Notes: a model not told the origin generated them from the sequence alone. A stretch of DNA of 64,000 nucleotides from an uncultured virus (IMG/VR IMGVR_UViG_3300049846_002026) (IMGVR_UViG_3300049846_002026); one strand, 5' to 3'. Shown: positions 11,401 to 19,206, numbered from the stretch's first letter. Numbers and translations are program-made.

Positions 11401-11437
11401 CTGTAAGGGTTACTGCATAGCGTAGGCTATTGTCCAT
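2426..11437 (-). CDS. Tail tape measure protein with large N-terminal extension containing a PD-(D/E)XK nuclease domain
   Basis: 3003 aa, Ala/Leu/Gln-rich helical; TP901-type TMP core around aa 1470-1800 (DLAQGIQRAG, SGNQAATALRFVISRL, FAGARQAG); Gly-rich hydrophobic C-terminus; nuclease motifs GTADV...VIDAKS...QVGVY around aa 900-950. Confidence 0.9.
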   Translation of the reverse strand: MDNSLRYAVTLTAEGTKQLVEVRNELLALQQLLKEGGEFKIKVSDDVLADLKKDLRAKLQELANMKIGGKTSTYKNFQDMATGTAEAGGMTEKTGQEILKVLRALAPGGAPSAEESRRVPASDRAGRSEVKIQEALQGLRTALTGAQAAERRNPHTEINTLKKFVEEAVKASADKTTASTVRDMLKQLMQREGSTLGATQIENESSKRRYEQRFQAFGDQIENMVKHLLDANTRLRHNTSGFSGVPLGTSPSTKGTDKEAWAEMGRTIARAVLEGLRAAPPAGGGRNVTPDIDANDFRGEPLSDAGAARAAAVARAISPAHAARAEARMANRSSLMAMAAEAVNAEDDSGFVRNDTIGAVYRTGNQFLPRRTLRTNPAQMFQNLVSKYRDVIFANEAAPTFAETAMELQFKEQLARWQSFKNSTNLEIEKPKTDPEARAKQIEDQLRRSYFPGPDSPNRQLAIAAESEGTVIPPALGTVLARLFRAGRSLQGTDHPLVQQMLKDPDLAPFFANDTTGRGPFVAAYRELRGARNLDLLTRSELDNGQRNFTEPGSREDYESRLFLSPLNTPGMQSPGNLQFLAQSAARRNAMEAWMQSRMLLRQQLVQGELPDEVAFGLGSASAAPDARLDPTQTDPRIVMDYVRAINSGELKPSRRASQMDPMAYRSTLDTLERQISEASKELEQGGAFLGPNDEKLARLGRNVGGRQLLLTAAEARMVDSGGAEAAMLAGIMPADVQMTAFSGPNRGLTPAQAATIRRMEAMAVANSALELAPDGSHYINKVTGEKTLRATAYAKGETDIADPRNRKPMEDTSATVVGTGVDEVLRDVVTGKVKKWDEYLLKSTDPRMHGRTTFKDEQAFQAYVSDAGRWKQSLEEQGYALFASQSDLRLTRGAKEGEKYGVTGTADVFAIDPNGRVQVIDAKSSLAGNAWTGNRLGKSLSSWTSQVGVYGELLRGAGFDVAGGSVLPIDVRYGDPARRGNSQTGDPQVTAASLQAMRTLFGAPLGGGGFGGGPGGPANFLASMPSGGGGVVPVQIMNWAEGKAVLGAGATAASAALSSLPIDQRAQVTKANLLADARVRTEAERQDAKTRGEIDRANARYDVRESRDVRAQLQRMARESRSGFPDVGLSTNRDSAFYAENPQELLGDLRKLRNRIRTTTGSASSAMLVAENTADPEERMRQARTFDTSLQNRMIARLQAAQVLAATGDTSAVGMVGLGKQYLTAGRGEAMAEALLRQRSVMQGALTEDEAKYAAAKALQERVKQAQVAATAGPTSFDKAILKENEAFARVQQRQSELERAQLAEAEARSSKEGGTGRLGITARTADAQEKLAEAQKALELASAASQKFRNSGTDVTQEAAKKELEAAQGALANLFNAKTPGQANKAVDALAKSIALLKTDMTTLGKVEKQVLEDMSKHLGVPIKDFKQMEEVIRNVRQAAEAAGKTFDASLDKRVTGSNQRPPGWSGFGEGLARKVMQLSEYTMAGGVVYSFANALRATTRQVVQFDLELRKIQGVLETGSAAQRDQIGRSVTRSALDYGVPLTEALSAARIYAQIGADPSEIETLTRASLAAQQGAGFDASQASEFLIAARTISGGNTQPMDILDRVSRIEARYAVTSQDLAQGIQRAGAVARQFQPESLGGVDAFGTVMGASTQIIESTRVSGNQAATALRFVISRLAQPESANALQDRFGIKLGGADPKQLRPLQDIFSDVANEYNRLRTSGKDQDSVRALELLTTFAGARQAGVIAPLLENFDRVKEISAESSEAFGETQRRTEMALDSVAGRAAQVQTAFFALVRNTLDTSGAIKGVTFGLNQLAKLLSSMAEGAGGSGGAVLTAGLAALVGLGSRNLAGRAAAALVPNAAGALAPGADMLSRFFGAGSRALGLGATGLVGFAALQSMRNAWNVANESEFMGLSSWRTRAQDTSRERDEYTTRISELSSRVGTSPEQLESLSRQALARIRDTFDDKYGKGTYERFLLPSSDPNRYVNTTATDFVNKQVLDVFQDAIPSFENLGTETEQINTAFESLRLVMAGARIETDAYSRSAADAFSKYSTEAFDVGRLTSELTDKGVKRWYDALVPSNELQQRLANRRNKQYSGTLDDLFQVGSANWATSFGRRQVQINGQTTTLQQLVEERGQNRTVGFGTAVASALASAYGASQRDVERFESLRLRMAEERLGALPVGAGMYDRLGAFTQLRTEDILARDPSLRGAAEQLGNRDALVRDMARIALETAGITLPGQNGNAELADSGKAAATELNGIGKEAQALAQAMAKAAKGADLTAEELGRVTRSLLDQRNRESSRADLAELGSGSFRMRSQFLQPYLRYIERQSEISSSQMLMGYGLQYDPLTARAAATQNLVTDLSRLETQVRGPLLNDLLRVAVAERFASPKEIRAQFEGIAIGASLDETLTRAERSGVGRDGELAPDSENLGRMRAALVANQYQFTQFFGDVQKALEVSPALEKEFGGIIPGLRDLMEKALSGKGSTAEQVAAINKFWTELLTTGKTIPQQIAMAAARFGEEAADVFKRDMDITDIQRRTQLATIRASGDIGLRTQQIEIAQQIYDARRRPDESAAARLSAVALRAQDIRQTADIALEGLQERLARQGLTGDSLRFAVGREGAGIITQRDSQLASLSFEERRIVAAENGRRATERNRQAQGLTDALGGNLKAVLADYRTLTAQPGKQLVEGVAATFQNVAVERFVDSLVGPASVFGDRMRTEFMNGAYLTQEAIITGFMQGTETLRYSFEQNEAARMNRTPLMIPGMGNTGLTIGDVGGGVAWQSLLMSNDPTSPFHINNVANASFTGTTGFNPLGFGTSSQKWAGVKQQLLGSAMQMAGSYGGAWLGGQIQGRGKESYASEGASIGMGIGSSWGPVGGMVGGLLGGLVGGLFGKSTPKQDPAMAALEKIERNTATQLEVMEVQTQLLRLDSRLLNVPANFSVPTYRPGGVAAGGGITINVYGTARQSPDALADAVAKSLRKELGMRGGSFDVREM

Positions 11438-11449
11438 TTGATCGCGGGG

Positions 11450-12295
11450 TTAGTCGTTGTACCGCGGCGCCAACTCGTCCAGCGCCTTCTCGATGTTTTC
11501 GCGCAAGGCCTTGTAGTTGGCCATACCGAGTTCGTTACCTTTGCCGAATAGCAGCTCCATCGGCTCGGAGCCCATGACCTCTAGCGCTGCCTTACCATCG
11601 CTTGCTCCGCCGTACCGCCACGGCATCTTGGGGCCGATCTTGGAGCTCACACCGGTACCGAACTCCAGATGACGCCAGAGGATGTTGTACTGCGACTTGG
11701 TAGGCGTCCCCATGAGCCGTAGCGTAGCCGATGGGGTTTTGATGGCATCAAGGCGTTGAATCGAACCCAGGCCAGCGGTGGTACCGTCCGCAGTCTTGCT
11801 GACATTCAACAGCCCTGGCTCTGCCAGTTGGGTCAGCACCTGCTGCGCGCGGGAACGCATCAATGCACTGGTCACACTCAACGCCCGGTGACTGTGCGCC
11901 ATGGCACTATGCTTCGAGCGCTTTTCGATCTCGTCGTGGATGTCAACACGCAAGCGCCCAATGCGATCCCGGGCTTTGGTGATCTTCTTCTCATTATCGC
12001 TCAGAATCGCTTCGTCCAGAGCGTAGTAGGCCAGCTTCAGGCGCCCCACTTGCTTGTTAATGGCAGCGGCTTCACGCACCCGCTCATCACCAGTGTTGGA
12101 CCGTGTCGTCAGTTGTAGCGCGTGCTGCAGCCGATCGAGGAAGCGATTCCGCAGACTACGCATTACGCCGAGCACCATCGCCCGGCGTACAATCTGCGTG
12201 GCTACTGGCCCGCCTGGATCCAGCCCGTACAAGAACTGGATCAGGGGAGTGAGGTTCGAGCCAGCGAACTTCCATCGGATCTTGATTGTGCGCAT
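11450..12295 (-). CDS. Putative neck/tail completion protein (HK97 gp10-like)
   Basis: WRHLEFGTG motif resembles the Y/H-x-EFGTG signature; basic; tail module. Confidence 0.55.
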   Translation of the reverse strand: MRTIKIRWKFAGSNLTPLIQFLYGLDPGGPVATQIVRRAMVLGVMRSLRNRFLDRLQHALQLTTRSNTGDERVREAAAINKQVGRLKLAYYALDEAILSDNEKKITKARDRIGRLRVDIHDEIEKRSKHSAMAHSHRALSVTSALMRSRAQQVLTQLAEPGLLNVSKTADGTTAGLGSIQRLDAIKTPSATLRLMGTPTKSQYNILWRHLEFGTGVSSKIGPKMPWRYGGASDGKAALEVMGSEPMELLFGKGNELGMANYKALRENIEKALDELAPRYND

Positions 12296-12693
12296 CAGCT
12301 GGGCATGGCGAAGGTGGGGATATTGGCTTGCGACGCACCGCTTTGCCGCATTTGCTTGCCGAACACCTTGGCCGCCTCACGGGTCTTTTCCGCCACGTAC
12401 TGGGTCCACCAAGTGTCCAGGGCGTTGTCGTCTTCCATGAGCTTGTCGTCCGGCCGTTCGTGCGGTAGCATCTCTGCCAGCTGCGCGTAGAACCGCGCAA
12501 AGCCCAGCAGGGCTAGTTGCGCATCGTCTAGGCTGTAACCATCAGCGATCCCGAAGAGGTCGCAGGCGTTGCCGGTGCAACACTTGAGTCGTCCTTGGAA
12601 CTCGGCGGAACGGGCGATTCGGCGGAGGCTTCGGATGCCGAAGTTGGTGACGAGGTCTCGGTCTTCGCGCCCTGTCCCGCCGGCAGAAAACCC
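12295..12693 (-). CDS. Tail assembly chaperone, -1 frameshift extension (T part of a G-T fusion, about 442 aa total)
   Basis: Open in the -1 frame from slippery heptamer G GGT TTT at 12693-12687; no convincing independent start; stop overlaps next ATG. Confidence 0.75.
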   Translation of the reverse strand, partial: GFSAGGTGREDRDLVTNFGIRSLRRIARSAEFQGRLKCCTGNACDLFGIADGYSLDDAQLALLGFARFYAQLAEMLPHERPDDKLMEDDNALDTWWTQYVAEKTREAAKVFGKQMRQSGASQANIPTFAMPS

Positions 12694-13622
12694 ACGGCAC
12701 TCAAGTACTCCCGAGCTTCGTCTGGAATGTTGTTGTGGAAGAAGAAGTTCTCGACCTGGAACCACTGGGCGACTTCGTCCGGCAGATTCTCCATCTGCTC
12801 ATACTTCTCCATCAACGGGCCCTGCGGGGTGCCGTCAGGCGTCGTGCGCTCGGTCGTGAAGTACACCCGGGCGAGCTCTTCTGCTACCTCGCGCCGCTGT
12901 TCGGCCGAGTCCGCGAAGATGCGCGCAAACCGTGACTGAAGTTCGAAGAGGGCCAGGCGGTCCTTCTTGAGCGTGACCAGGTCGTTGATCTTGTCGCGAC
13001 TCTTCTCGATCTCGTCCAGCTTCGCGATCAGTTCCGCGCTGCCGCTGAGCACCTGGATCTTCTGGTAGTCCAGGTCGGGGCTGTACTTGGGCCGGCGCTG
13101 TTCCAGCGCGAAGGCTTCATCGTACTCGGCCTGCCGGTCCTCGTTGTAGTCGAGCCACCGATCGAACAGCTTGAACAGCAGCTCTTGATCCTGCGGCGGA
13201 ACCAACTCAACCGCCTGTGCGCGGAACTCGGAGGTCTGCGTGAGCAGCTTCATGATCACTTCGTCGCTGCCGTCCGAGAAGTACAGGGCGCCCATCCGCT
13301 TGTTCACGGACGCCTGCAGCGTGGCCATCTTGGCCTCGTGCTCGGGTGTCCATTCACCGCGCTCCAAAGCCAGCTTCTTGAGCTGCTCGGTGCTCAGCAC
13401 GTCAGGGTTGCGCAGATCCTTGTGATACTGCCGCTGGACCAGCTCGGCGATCTTGCGCCGACGGGCAGGGTTCAAACGCGTAAAGCGGACCCAGCTCAGG
13501 GCCGGCCCGCCTTCTTCCTGCAAGCGCGCCTGGAGATGTGCGGGAAGTTCCTTCAGGCGGTAGCCCTTGTGAACCTCGTCCTCTACGATCGCATCCAGGC
13601 GCTTCTCAGTTTCGTTTTCCAT
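12528..13622 (-). CDS. Tail assembly chaperone (G-like)
   Basis: Acidic helical 364 aa directly after the tail tube gene; low-complexity S/T/P tail after the slippery site. Confidence 0.75.
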   Translation of the reverse strand: MENETEKRLDAIVEDEVHKGYRLKELPAHLQARLQEEGGPALSWVRFTRLNPARRRKIAELVQRQYHKDLRNPDVLSTEQLKKLALERGEWTPEHEAKMATLQASVNKRMGALYFSDGSDEVIMKLLTQTSEFRAQAVELVPPQDQELLFKLFDRWLDYNEDRQAEYDEAFALEQRRPKYSPDLDYQKIQVLSGSAELIAKLDEIEKSRDKINDLVTLKKDRLALFELQSRFARIFADSAEQRREVAEELARVYFTTERTTPDGTPQGPLMEKYEQMENLPDEVAQWFQVENFFFHNNIPDEAREYLSAVGFLPAGQGAKTETSSPTSASEASAESPVPPSSKDDSSVAPATPATSSGSLMVTA

Positions 13623-13654
13623 GGGCTCTCCCCCGTAAATACGTGTGTACTCCC

Positions 13655-13691
13655 CTACTGTAGGTCGAAATCAGCCTCTAGAAAACGCGAA
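13655..13691 (-). promoter_or_regulatory. Candidate phage late promoter TTCGCG-N18-CGACCTACAG
   Basis: Motif copy upstream of the chaperone gene, overlapping the terminator tail. Confidence 0.65.
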
Positions 13692-13719
13692 AGGCCCGGC
13701 CGAAGCCGAGCCTTTGGCG
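13682..13719 (-). terminator. Intrinsic terminator after major tail gene
   Basis: AAAGGCTCGGC-TTCG-GCCGGGCCTTT hairpin (C-UUCG-G loop) followed by CGCGTTTT. Confidence 0.75.
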
Positions 13720-13741
13720 CCTTGTCGGGCTAGCCCCGGCC

Positions 13742-15082
13742 TTACGCCAGGTCGTAACCCTTCAGTGTCATGGCCGTTCCGCGGAACGTCCAGCTGATCT
13801 CGCCGCGACCACCGACGTTGACCCGGCTTCCCATGCCGTCCGGGCGCATGTCGTTGAACTCCAGCTGCTGGATCTTCGTGCCGTCCTTGGTGAAGTACTG
13901 CAGGACGACGGCGAACTCCTTCTTCAGATACTGCGGTGTGAACTCGTAGGCGTTGTTGACCCAGTCCGCCGGAGTAGCACCCGTGAAGCTCTTGGTCATG
14001 ATCGCCTTCCAGTCCGCCCAGTCCGTCTCCGTGACCGAGGCATTCACGCTCATGCTGAGCGGGAAGGTCGGAGCCCGGTGGTAGACCGAGGTGCCCTGAA
14101 TGTTGAGGGCGATCTGCCGCAGGGTCTCCATGCGCAGGTCGATCGTGTAGTCGACCGACTGTACGCGGAGCCACTGTGATGCGGCGTTCGGGGTCAGCAT
14201 ACCGTCGCCGTCCACCGTGCCGTCTGGTGCGATGTACACATTGGCCTGGAAGCCGCGGACACCATAGACTGCTGTGCCGTTGGTCTCAGAGCCGACCGTG
14301 TGCGGGGCGTGGGTTGTAGCCCAGGTCGCAGACGGTGTGGTGCGGAAGAGCAGTGCCATGCACACGCCGCCGACCGGAACCGTGGCACCCGTCAGGGTGA
14401 TGGTCGTGGTGCTCAGGGTGGCGTAGACCGGGTCGGTGTTGATCGACCGGATCGGACGGCTGTCTACCGTCACGTAAGCCAGAGTGTGCGTGGTGGCCGA
14501 GACGCCGGCCGTGCCTGAGATCGTCATCGTGTTGGTGCCCGTCCGGATAGCCGGCACCGCAACCACATCGTGGTATGGGCTCGGGAAGCCTACGACGTAC
14601 TGACCAGCGAAGTTGACCGTGTCCATGGCCATGCCGTTCGCGTCCACGCGACCCGTGAAGGTCGTTGGGTAGCAGCAGGCAAGGTACGTGGACCGGTTGA
14701 AGGTCGACTGATCGGTCTTCTGGTGCTCGATCAGGTCGAACTTCAGGTTGGCGAGGTCATCCTGTGTGTACTGGTAATCATTCACACCAGTGACCACACC
14801 GCTGACCGGGCCGGTCGTTGCGTACTCGAAGCCGTTGAAGTTGGCGCCCGAAAAAGCAACCTTCATACGGGCGATGATGCCCGCCAGGTTACCTGAGGAC
14901 ACAACTTCGAACGAGCCCGATGTCTCCAGCTCCATGAGCGTGTCGAGACGAGTCGTACGGCCGAGCTCCTGCACGTCTTGCGCATTGAAGTTCGGCGCCC
15001 AGTTCAAGTTCTGTACTAGCCCCAGAACCGGGTAGTTGTTGATACGGATTGTCTTGTCCGTACCCAAGATCTGCACTGTCAT
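13742..15082 (-). CDS. Major tail (tube) protein
   Basis: 446 aa, beta-rich, strong codon bias, AAGGAGG RBS, followed by terminator then chaperone and tape measure genes. Confidence 0.75.
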   Translation of the reverse strand: MTVQILGTDKTIRINNYPVLGLVQNLNWAPNFNAQDVQELGRTTRLDTLMELETSGSFEVVSSGNLAGIIARMKVAFSGANFNGFEYATTGPVSGVVTGVNDYQYTQDDLANLKFDLIEHQKTDQSTFNRSTYLACCYPTTFTGRVDANGMAMDTVNFAGQYVVGFPSPYHDVVAVPAIRTGTNTMTISGTAGVSATTHTLAYVTVDSRPIRSINTDPVYATLSTTTITLTGATVPVGGVCMALLFRTTPSATWATTHAPHTVGSETNGTAVYGVRGFQANVYIAPDGTVDGDGMLTPNAASQWLRVQSVDYTIDLRMETLRQIALNIQGTSVYHRAPTFPLSMSVNASVTETDWADWKAIMTKSFTGATPADWVNNAYEFTPQYLKKEFAVVLQYFTKDGTKIQQLEFNDMRPDGMGSRVNVGGRGEISWTFRGTAMTLKGYDLA

Positions 15083-15105
15083 GAGATTCCTCCTTCGTTA
15101 CTCGA

Positions 15106-15735
15106 TTAGGCTTCGTACCGCAGATTCGCTGAAAGTGCGATCTCGTACACTTGGGCCTCTTGCTTCAGCGGAACGACCGCCGAAGTCACTGCGCAATCAT
15201 GCACTTCAAGGTCCAGCAGAACCGCCAGGGAGCCGTCGTCATGATTACGCATTGGCACGTAGGTGAGATCGTCGAACCACCCACGAAGCCGTTCGGTCAG
15301 GTAGAGGCTTTCCCGTAGATCTCGTCCGTATCCTACGATCGAGAGCACTGCCCACCGCTCTCTTACCTTGGAGCCTAGCCCCTGCAACGAGCCGCTGGGC
15401 GCATGCTCCACTTGAATGGCCATTGAGGGCACTGGAAGTGATTCTGGCCCTACAACTTCCCCTTCTACAGTAGGTCGAACTGCTACTCCCGGAACCGCAA
15501 CGTCAGGGTCGATCAGGCTGATGATGCCGCGTGAGGCCGCGTATTCCGCTGCCACATCCGGATCCGCCAGAATGGAGGTCTGCAGCTCCGACCAGGACGT
15601 GTACAAGCCGTCCGCGGTCTGCAGAGCGTCCAGGGAGCGCCAGTAGATCAGGTACCCGTCAGTGATCAGCAAGCCGGCCAGGTGGGTCGCCAGGCTGTTA
15701 CTGAGGTTTGTGATGCTGTACTGTGCTAGCGCCAT
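15106..15735 (-). CDS. Putative tail terminator/completion protein
   Basis: Position just before the tail tube gene; size and alpha/beta pattern. Confidence 0.55.
   Translation of the reverse strand: MALAQYSITNLSNSLATHLAGLLITDGYLIYWRSLDALQTADGLYTSWSELQTSILADPDVAAEYAASRGIISLIDPDVAVPGVAVRPTVEGEVVGPESLPVPSMAIQVEHAPSGSLQGLGSKVRERWAVLSIVGYGRDLRESLYLTERLRGWFDDLTYVPMRNHDDGSLAVLLDLEVHDCAVTSAVVPLKQEAQVYEIALSANLRYEA
15465..15500 (-). promoter_or_regulatory. Candidate phage late promoter TTGCG-N18-CGACCTACTG (intragenic)
   Basis: Near-consensus motif copy about 380 nt upstream of the major tail gene. Confidence 0.55.
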
Positions 15736-15910
15736 ATCGGATGCACTCCTTACTCAGGTTCCAGAGCTTGCGAATGACCCGATTGCGCACTTCGTTAAAC
15801 GTGGCAGGATCACTGGCCACGGCTGGGGGCATTGCCGCCAGCTCTTCCATCGTGCTCATGATGAGCTTGATGGTGGCTTTGACCTCGCTTTCTAGCGCCT
15901 GTTGATCCAC
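15698..15910 (-). CDS. Hypothetical protein
   Basis: 70 aa ORF in the operon, GGGGGTG upstream. Confidence 0.6.
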   Translation of the reverse strand: MDQQALESEVKATIKLIMSTMEELAAMPPAVASDPATFNEVRNRVIRKLWNLSKECIRYGASTVQHHKPQ

Positions 15911-15928
15911 GAGACACCCCCTAGGTCG

Positions 15929-16411
15929 TTATTCCCCGGACCCCAACATGACCTGGTACGTTGCGGCTTCCGTCATGCTGTTGCCCATCTTTGACCAGGC
16001 GAGGATCTTGAACCGTTGGCCGTTCACGCTAACGTGGCTGGCACCGACAAACACGGAGCGTCCGTCCGTCCGCTCTGCGTCAGTCCGTCGCACCCGAGCC
16101 AAGGCAGTCGCGTCGTGCGACCAGCCAGCGCTATTCGGGTCTAGGCGGGCCTTGCGGGCTTCGCCCATGGTAGTAACTGACAAGAAGAGACAGGGCATAG
16201 TCACTGGCTCTTCCACAGGTTCGTAGTCGAAGTCCGCGTCAACGGGCTTCTGCGGATTCGGGGCTGCGATCAGGGGGCTGACTGGCAAGGCCACCGGTGA
16301 GACTCCAGCTGGTCCCACCCGCTTCTTCGGGTAGTGGACGGTCAGCTCATGCTCACTGTTGGCGATCCGATTCAGCACCGCTGCAGCGACCCGGGCGGTG
16401 TTCGGCGGCAT
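15929..16411 (-). CDS. Putative head closure/stopper protein
   Basis: Synteny; C-terminal VNGQRFKI beta motif; start coupled to upstream stop. Confidence 0.5.
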   Translation of the reverse strand: MPPNTARVAAAVLNRIANSEHELTVHYPKKRVGPAGVSPVALPVSPLIAAPNPQKPVDADFDYEPVEEPVTMPCLFLSVTTMGEARKARLDPNSAGWSHDATALARVRRTDAERTDGRSVFVGASHVSVNGQRFKILAWSKMGNSMTEAATYQVMLGSGE

Positions 16412-16851
16412 TACTGGATTCTCCGCAGGGTGTCCGGGCTCTGGTAGGTGATGAGGAGTTCGTTGTACGCCTCCTCCAGCTTGTCCAGCATGCCCTTGTA
16501 CGCCTTCTCTGCCGAGATAGAGCTCTCTGACTCTAGGCCAGAGGTCCAGCTGACGCCCAGCTCTCCGCGATCAACTCGCTGGCGATACGTGGCAGATAGC
16601 ACCTCATGTGCTACGCCATACGCCAAGATCAACATCTGCGGATCCGTTGCGTTCAGGATCCCGTACGTGTTCAAGTCTGCCTTCGAGCTTTCGATCGTAA
16701 CCGTATCGAAGTCACCGACAGCCCGAGCTACCAGCTCAATGCGGATATCCTCCGCAGTGTCCAGCAGCTCGGTGTCCTGTCGGCGCAACGCGGCAAGGTC
16801 AACATCCGCCAGCTTTCGGCGAAGCAGCTTCAACCAGCGTTCAGTTGTCAT
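16411..16851 (-). CDS. Putative head-tail adaptor
   Basis: 146 aa helical protein two genes after capsid; AGGAGG RBS. Confidence 0.55.
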   Translation of the reverse strand: MTTERWLKLLRRKLADVDLAALRRQDTELLDTAEDIRIELVARAVGDFDTVTIESSKADLNTYGILNATDPQMLILAYGVAHEVLSATYRQRVDRGELGVSWTSGLESESSISAEKAYKGMLDKLEEAYNELLITYQSPDTLRRIQ

Positions 16852-16871
16852 GCTCGCCTCCTACCTGGTGG

Positions 16872-17600
16872 TTAGCGTACGCGGTTGCGTACGGACTCGC
16901 CGATCTCGTCAGCGCGGGCGGCTGACACAGGGTTCAGCTCGTCCAGGCGATTGCTCGCCAGCTCTTCCACCAGCCGGAACAACGCAGGCAGATCACTGAT
17001 GGACTTCGCTGCCCGATCCTTGTCGCCCTTATACCGCTCTTCGCCGATCGCGACGACTTCCTGGTCCACTGCGTAGAGCAAACGCCGCAGGGAAGGCTCT
17101 GATGTCATCGCCTTGATGGCTGCCCGAAGCTCCGGCTCTGGCTTGCTGAGAATCCAATCCCGAGGATTGATCACCAGATTCAGTGCGGCTTCTGCCGGCA
17201 TGTCCTCCGGCCGATCCGCCGGCGCGCGGTTATCGGCTGATCCCAGGACGGAATCGTCCCGTACGATGAGCCCCTTCGCGACCTGCGAGCTTGTCCGGAG
17301 CTTCTGCCAGTACGCGTAGCTGACTACGGCCCGCGTCTTGGGATCCGGATTGCCGGGTACTTCAGGTGTCAGGGCGTACTCGATCGGGGTTCCGCTCGTG
17401 CGGTCGATGAACCCAACAGTGTAGTTGCTGACGTTGCGCACGCCCACAACAAGTTGGCCGCTCATTCCCAGTGGTACCCTCTGCACCGCTCCCAGCTGCT
17501 GCGACAGGGACGCCTGCTGCTGCGACATCGCATTGATCGTGTTCAGAGCTGCGGCCAGTTGGGCCTCCAGATCTGATACCTGCTTCGACTTCTTCGGCAT
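16872..17600 (-). CDS. Hypothetical head-module protein
   Basis: 242 aa, N-terminal coiled coil, strong RBS, follows major capsid gene. Confidence 0.65.
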   Translation of the reverse strand: MPKKSKQVSDLEAQLAAALNTINAMSQQQASLSQQLGAVQRVPLGMSGQLVVGVRNVSNYTVGFIDRTSGTPIEYALTPEVPGNPDPKTRAVVSYAYWQKLRTSSQVAKGLIVRDDSVLGSADNRAPADRPEDMPAEAALNLVINPRDWILSKPEPELRAAIKAMTSEPSLRRLLYAVDQEVVAIGEERYKGDKDRAAKSISDLPALFRLVEELASNRLDELNPVSAARADEIGESVRNRVR

Positions 17601-17641
17601 GTTGTCCTCCCCTATGTGTGGTTACTCCCCTAGTCCTACAC

Positions 17642-17674
17642 GCAAAGGGACTGGCGCAATACCAGTCCCTTTGC
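17642..17674 (-). terminator. Hairpin/terminator after major capsid gene
   Basis: Perfect 13-bp stem GCAAAGGGACTGG...CCAGTCCCTTTGC just past the stop codon. Confidence 0.7.
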
Positions 17675-17697
17675 GCTTCTTACTGTGCTACGAGGTC

Positions 17698-18666
17698 TTA
17701 CGCAACCTCGATGATCCGGTACGCGTATGGGTTCCAGACCAGCAGACCCTCTTCCATCCGGAGACCGGTCGAGAACGACGCGGCGCGGGTGTCAGTGACT
17801 GCGTAGTTGAGGAAGCTCATGTCCACTTCGGCCATGACTGCGCCCTTGGCGCCGCCAGCGATGTACACGCGATCGTTGCGGATCACGTGACGTCCGGCCT
17901 TGCGGCTGAACTTGTCGACCAGGGTCACGATCGGTGAACCCTGATAGACACCGGTCACGCCACGGAGCTCGAACTCGCGGATACCTTCATCCGACCAGCC
18001 CGTGAAGCCGCGGATTGCCGGGTACAGCGCGCCGTGACGAGCGAAGACCGTCGGTGACTCACCGTCGTCCTTCAGGCCGTCGAGGGCCAGCTGCAGGTTG
18101 CCAGCGGTCAGACCAGAGTACCGGAGCGTTGCGCCCGCGATGCCAGAGTGGTCCGCTGTTGCCGCCGGGATGCCAGCGTCGATGCCGTCAAGCACGAACT
18201 GGATGCGGTGGCGAAGGATGCCCTCAGCGATCGCGTTGATCGCGTCCGCGGCGGTCATCGCACCCGAGGCGATCTCTTCGAGCGCGAGCTCGGCAGCGAT
18301 CTCCTTGGACTGCGTGAACATCGGGTACTCGATCTTCGTGAGGCGCTGCGACAGCGGCTTGCTGCCGTAGGCACGGTTGGTGACCTTCATGTCACCGCGG
18401 AGTTCCTGGAACAGGATCCGGTCGCCGATGCCGTACTGACGACGATCGACCATGAAGGGGGTCGGATCGGTCACATTGACCGTGTCCGAAATGAGCTGCA
18501 CCATGAGCGCAGCGATGTCGATCCGGTTGGCGTGTAGGAAGTCGTACCCCTTCGGGTCGACCATGCCGCGCTTGTCGGCGCCTACGGCCTCCTTGATCAT
18601 CTTGCTGAACTCGTTCTTGTGGGCCGTTAGCTCGTCAACGGTCCGATTAGCGATCTTGAACTGCAT
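17698..18666 (-). CDS. Major capsid protein
   Basis: 322 aa, strong codon bias, GAGGAGG RBS, order protease/scaffold - decoration - capsid, downstream hairpin. Confidence 0.8.
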   Translation of the reverse strand: MQFKIANRTVDELTAHKNEFSKMIKEAVGADKRGMVDPKGYDFLHANRIDIAALMVQLISDTVNVTDPTPFMVDRRQYGIGDRILFQELRGDMKVTNRAYGSKPLSQRLTKIEYPMFTQSKEIAAELALEEIASGAMTAADAINAIAEGILRHRIQFVLDGIDAGIPAATADHSGIAGATLRYSGLTAGNLQLALDGLKDDGESPTVFARHGALYPAIRGFTGWSDEGIREFELRGVTGVYQGSPIVTLVDKFSRKAGRHVIRNDRVYIAGGAKGAVMAEVDMSFLNYAVTDTRAASFSTGLRMEEGLLVWNPYAYRIIEVA

Positions 18667-18693
18667 GTGATGCCTCCTCTCGGTCCCGTAGGG

Positions 18694-19182
18694 TTAGACG
18701 ATCTGGATACGAACGCGGCTGCCGATGATGTCGAACACACGTCCGACAACCGGCGATGTGATGGCGCCTGACACGCCGCTAGCGGCGCAGAACAGACCGT
18801 TCTTCACGCCGAGCGCGGCACCCGCAGCCGGCAGCGTGCCACCAGCATTCGGGTCGAGTGAATCGTGGAGTAGGGACACATCATACTCCAGGATGCCACC
18901 GCGATCCACCTGCACGATCAGGTCCCCAGACACTGGGGCATTCACACGATCGCCGAACGATGCAGGGGCCGTCGACGAGGTTACTGCGAGGGGGTCTGCG
19001 TTGACCTTGTAGGCCACGCCGTAGTTACCCGGGACCAGCAGGGCGGCATCGCCGTCTGCTACCTGGAAAGCTACGCGATTTCCGCCCGAGTTGGCGATGC
19101 GGATTACAGCGCCCAGAGCGATGTTCGCTCCGGCCTGTACCGTCCACCGCTGGGCGTCAAGGAAGTTGGCAATGTGCAGCAT
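18694..19182 (-). CDS. Capsid decoration/cement protein
   Basis: 162 aa Gly/Ala/Val-rich between scaffold and capsid; C-terminal PVVGRVF pattern. Confidence 0.65.
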   Translation of the reverse strand: MLHIANFLDAQRWTVQAGANIALGAVIRIANSGGNRVAFQVADGDAALLVPGNYGVAYKVNADPLAVTSSTAPASFGDRVNAPVSGDLIVQVDRGGILEYDVSLLHDSLDPNAGGTLPAAGAALGVKNGLFCAASGVSGAITSPVVGRVFDIIGSRVRIQIV

Positions 19183-19206
19183 GGGGTTCCTCCCGGTTGC
19201 TTGTGG

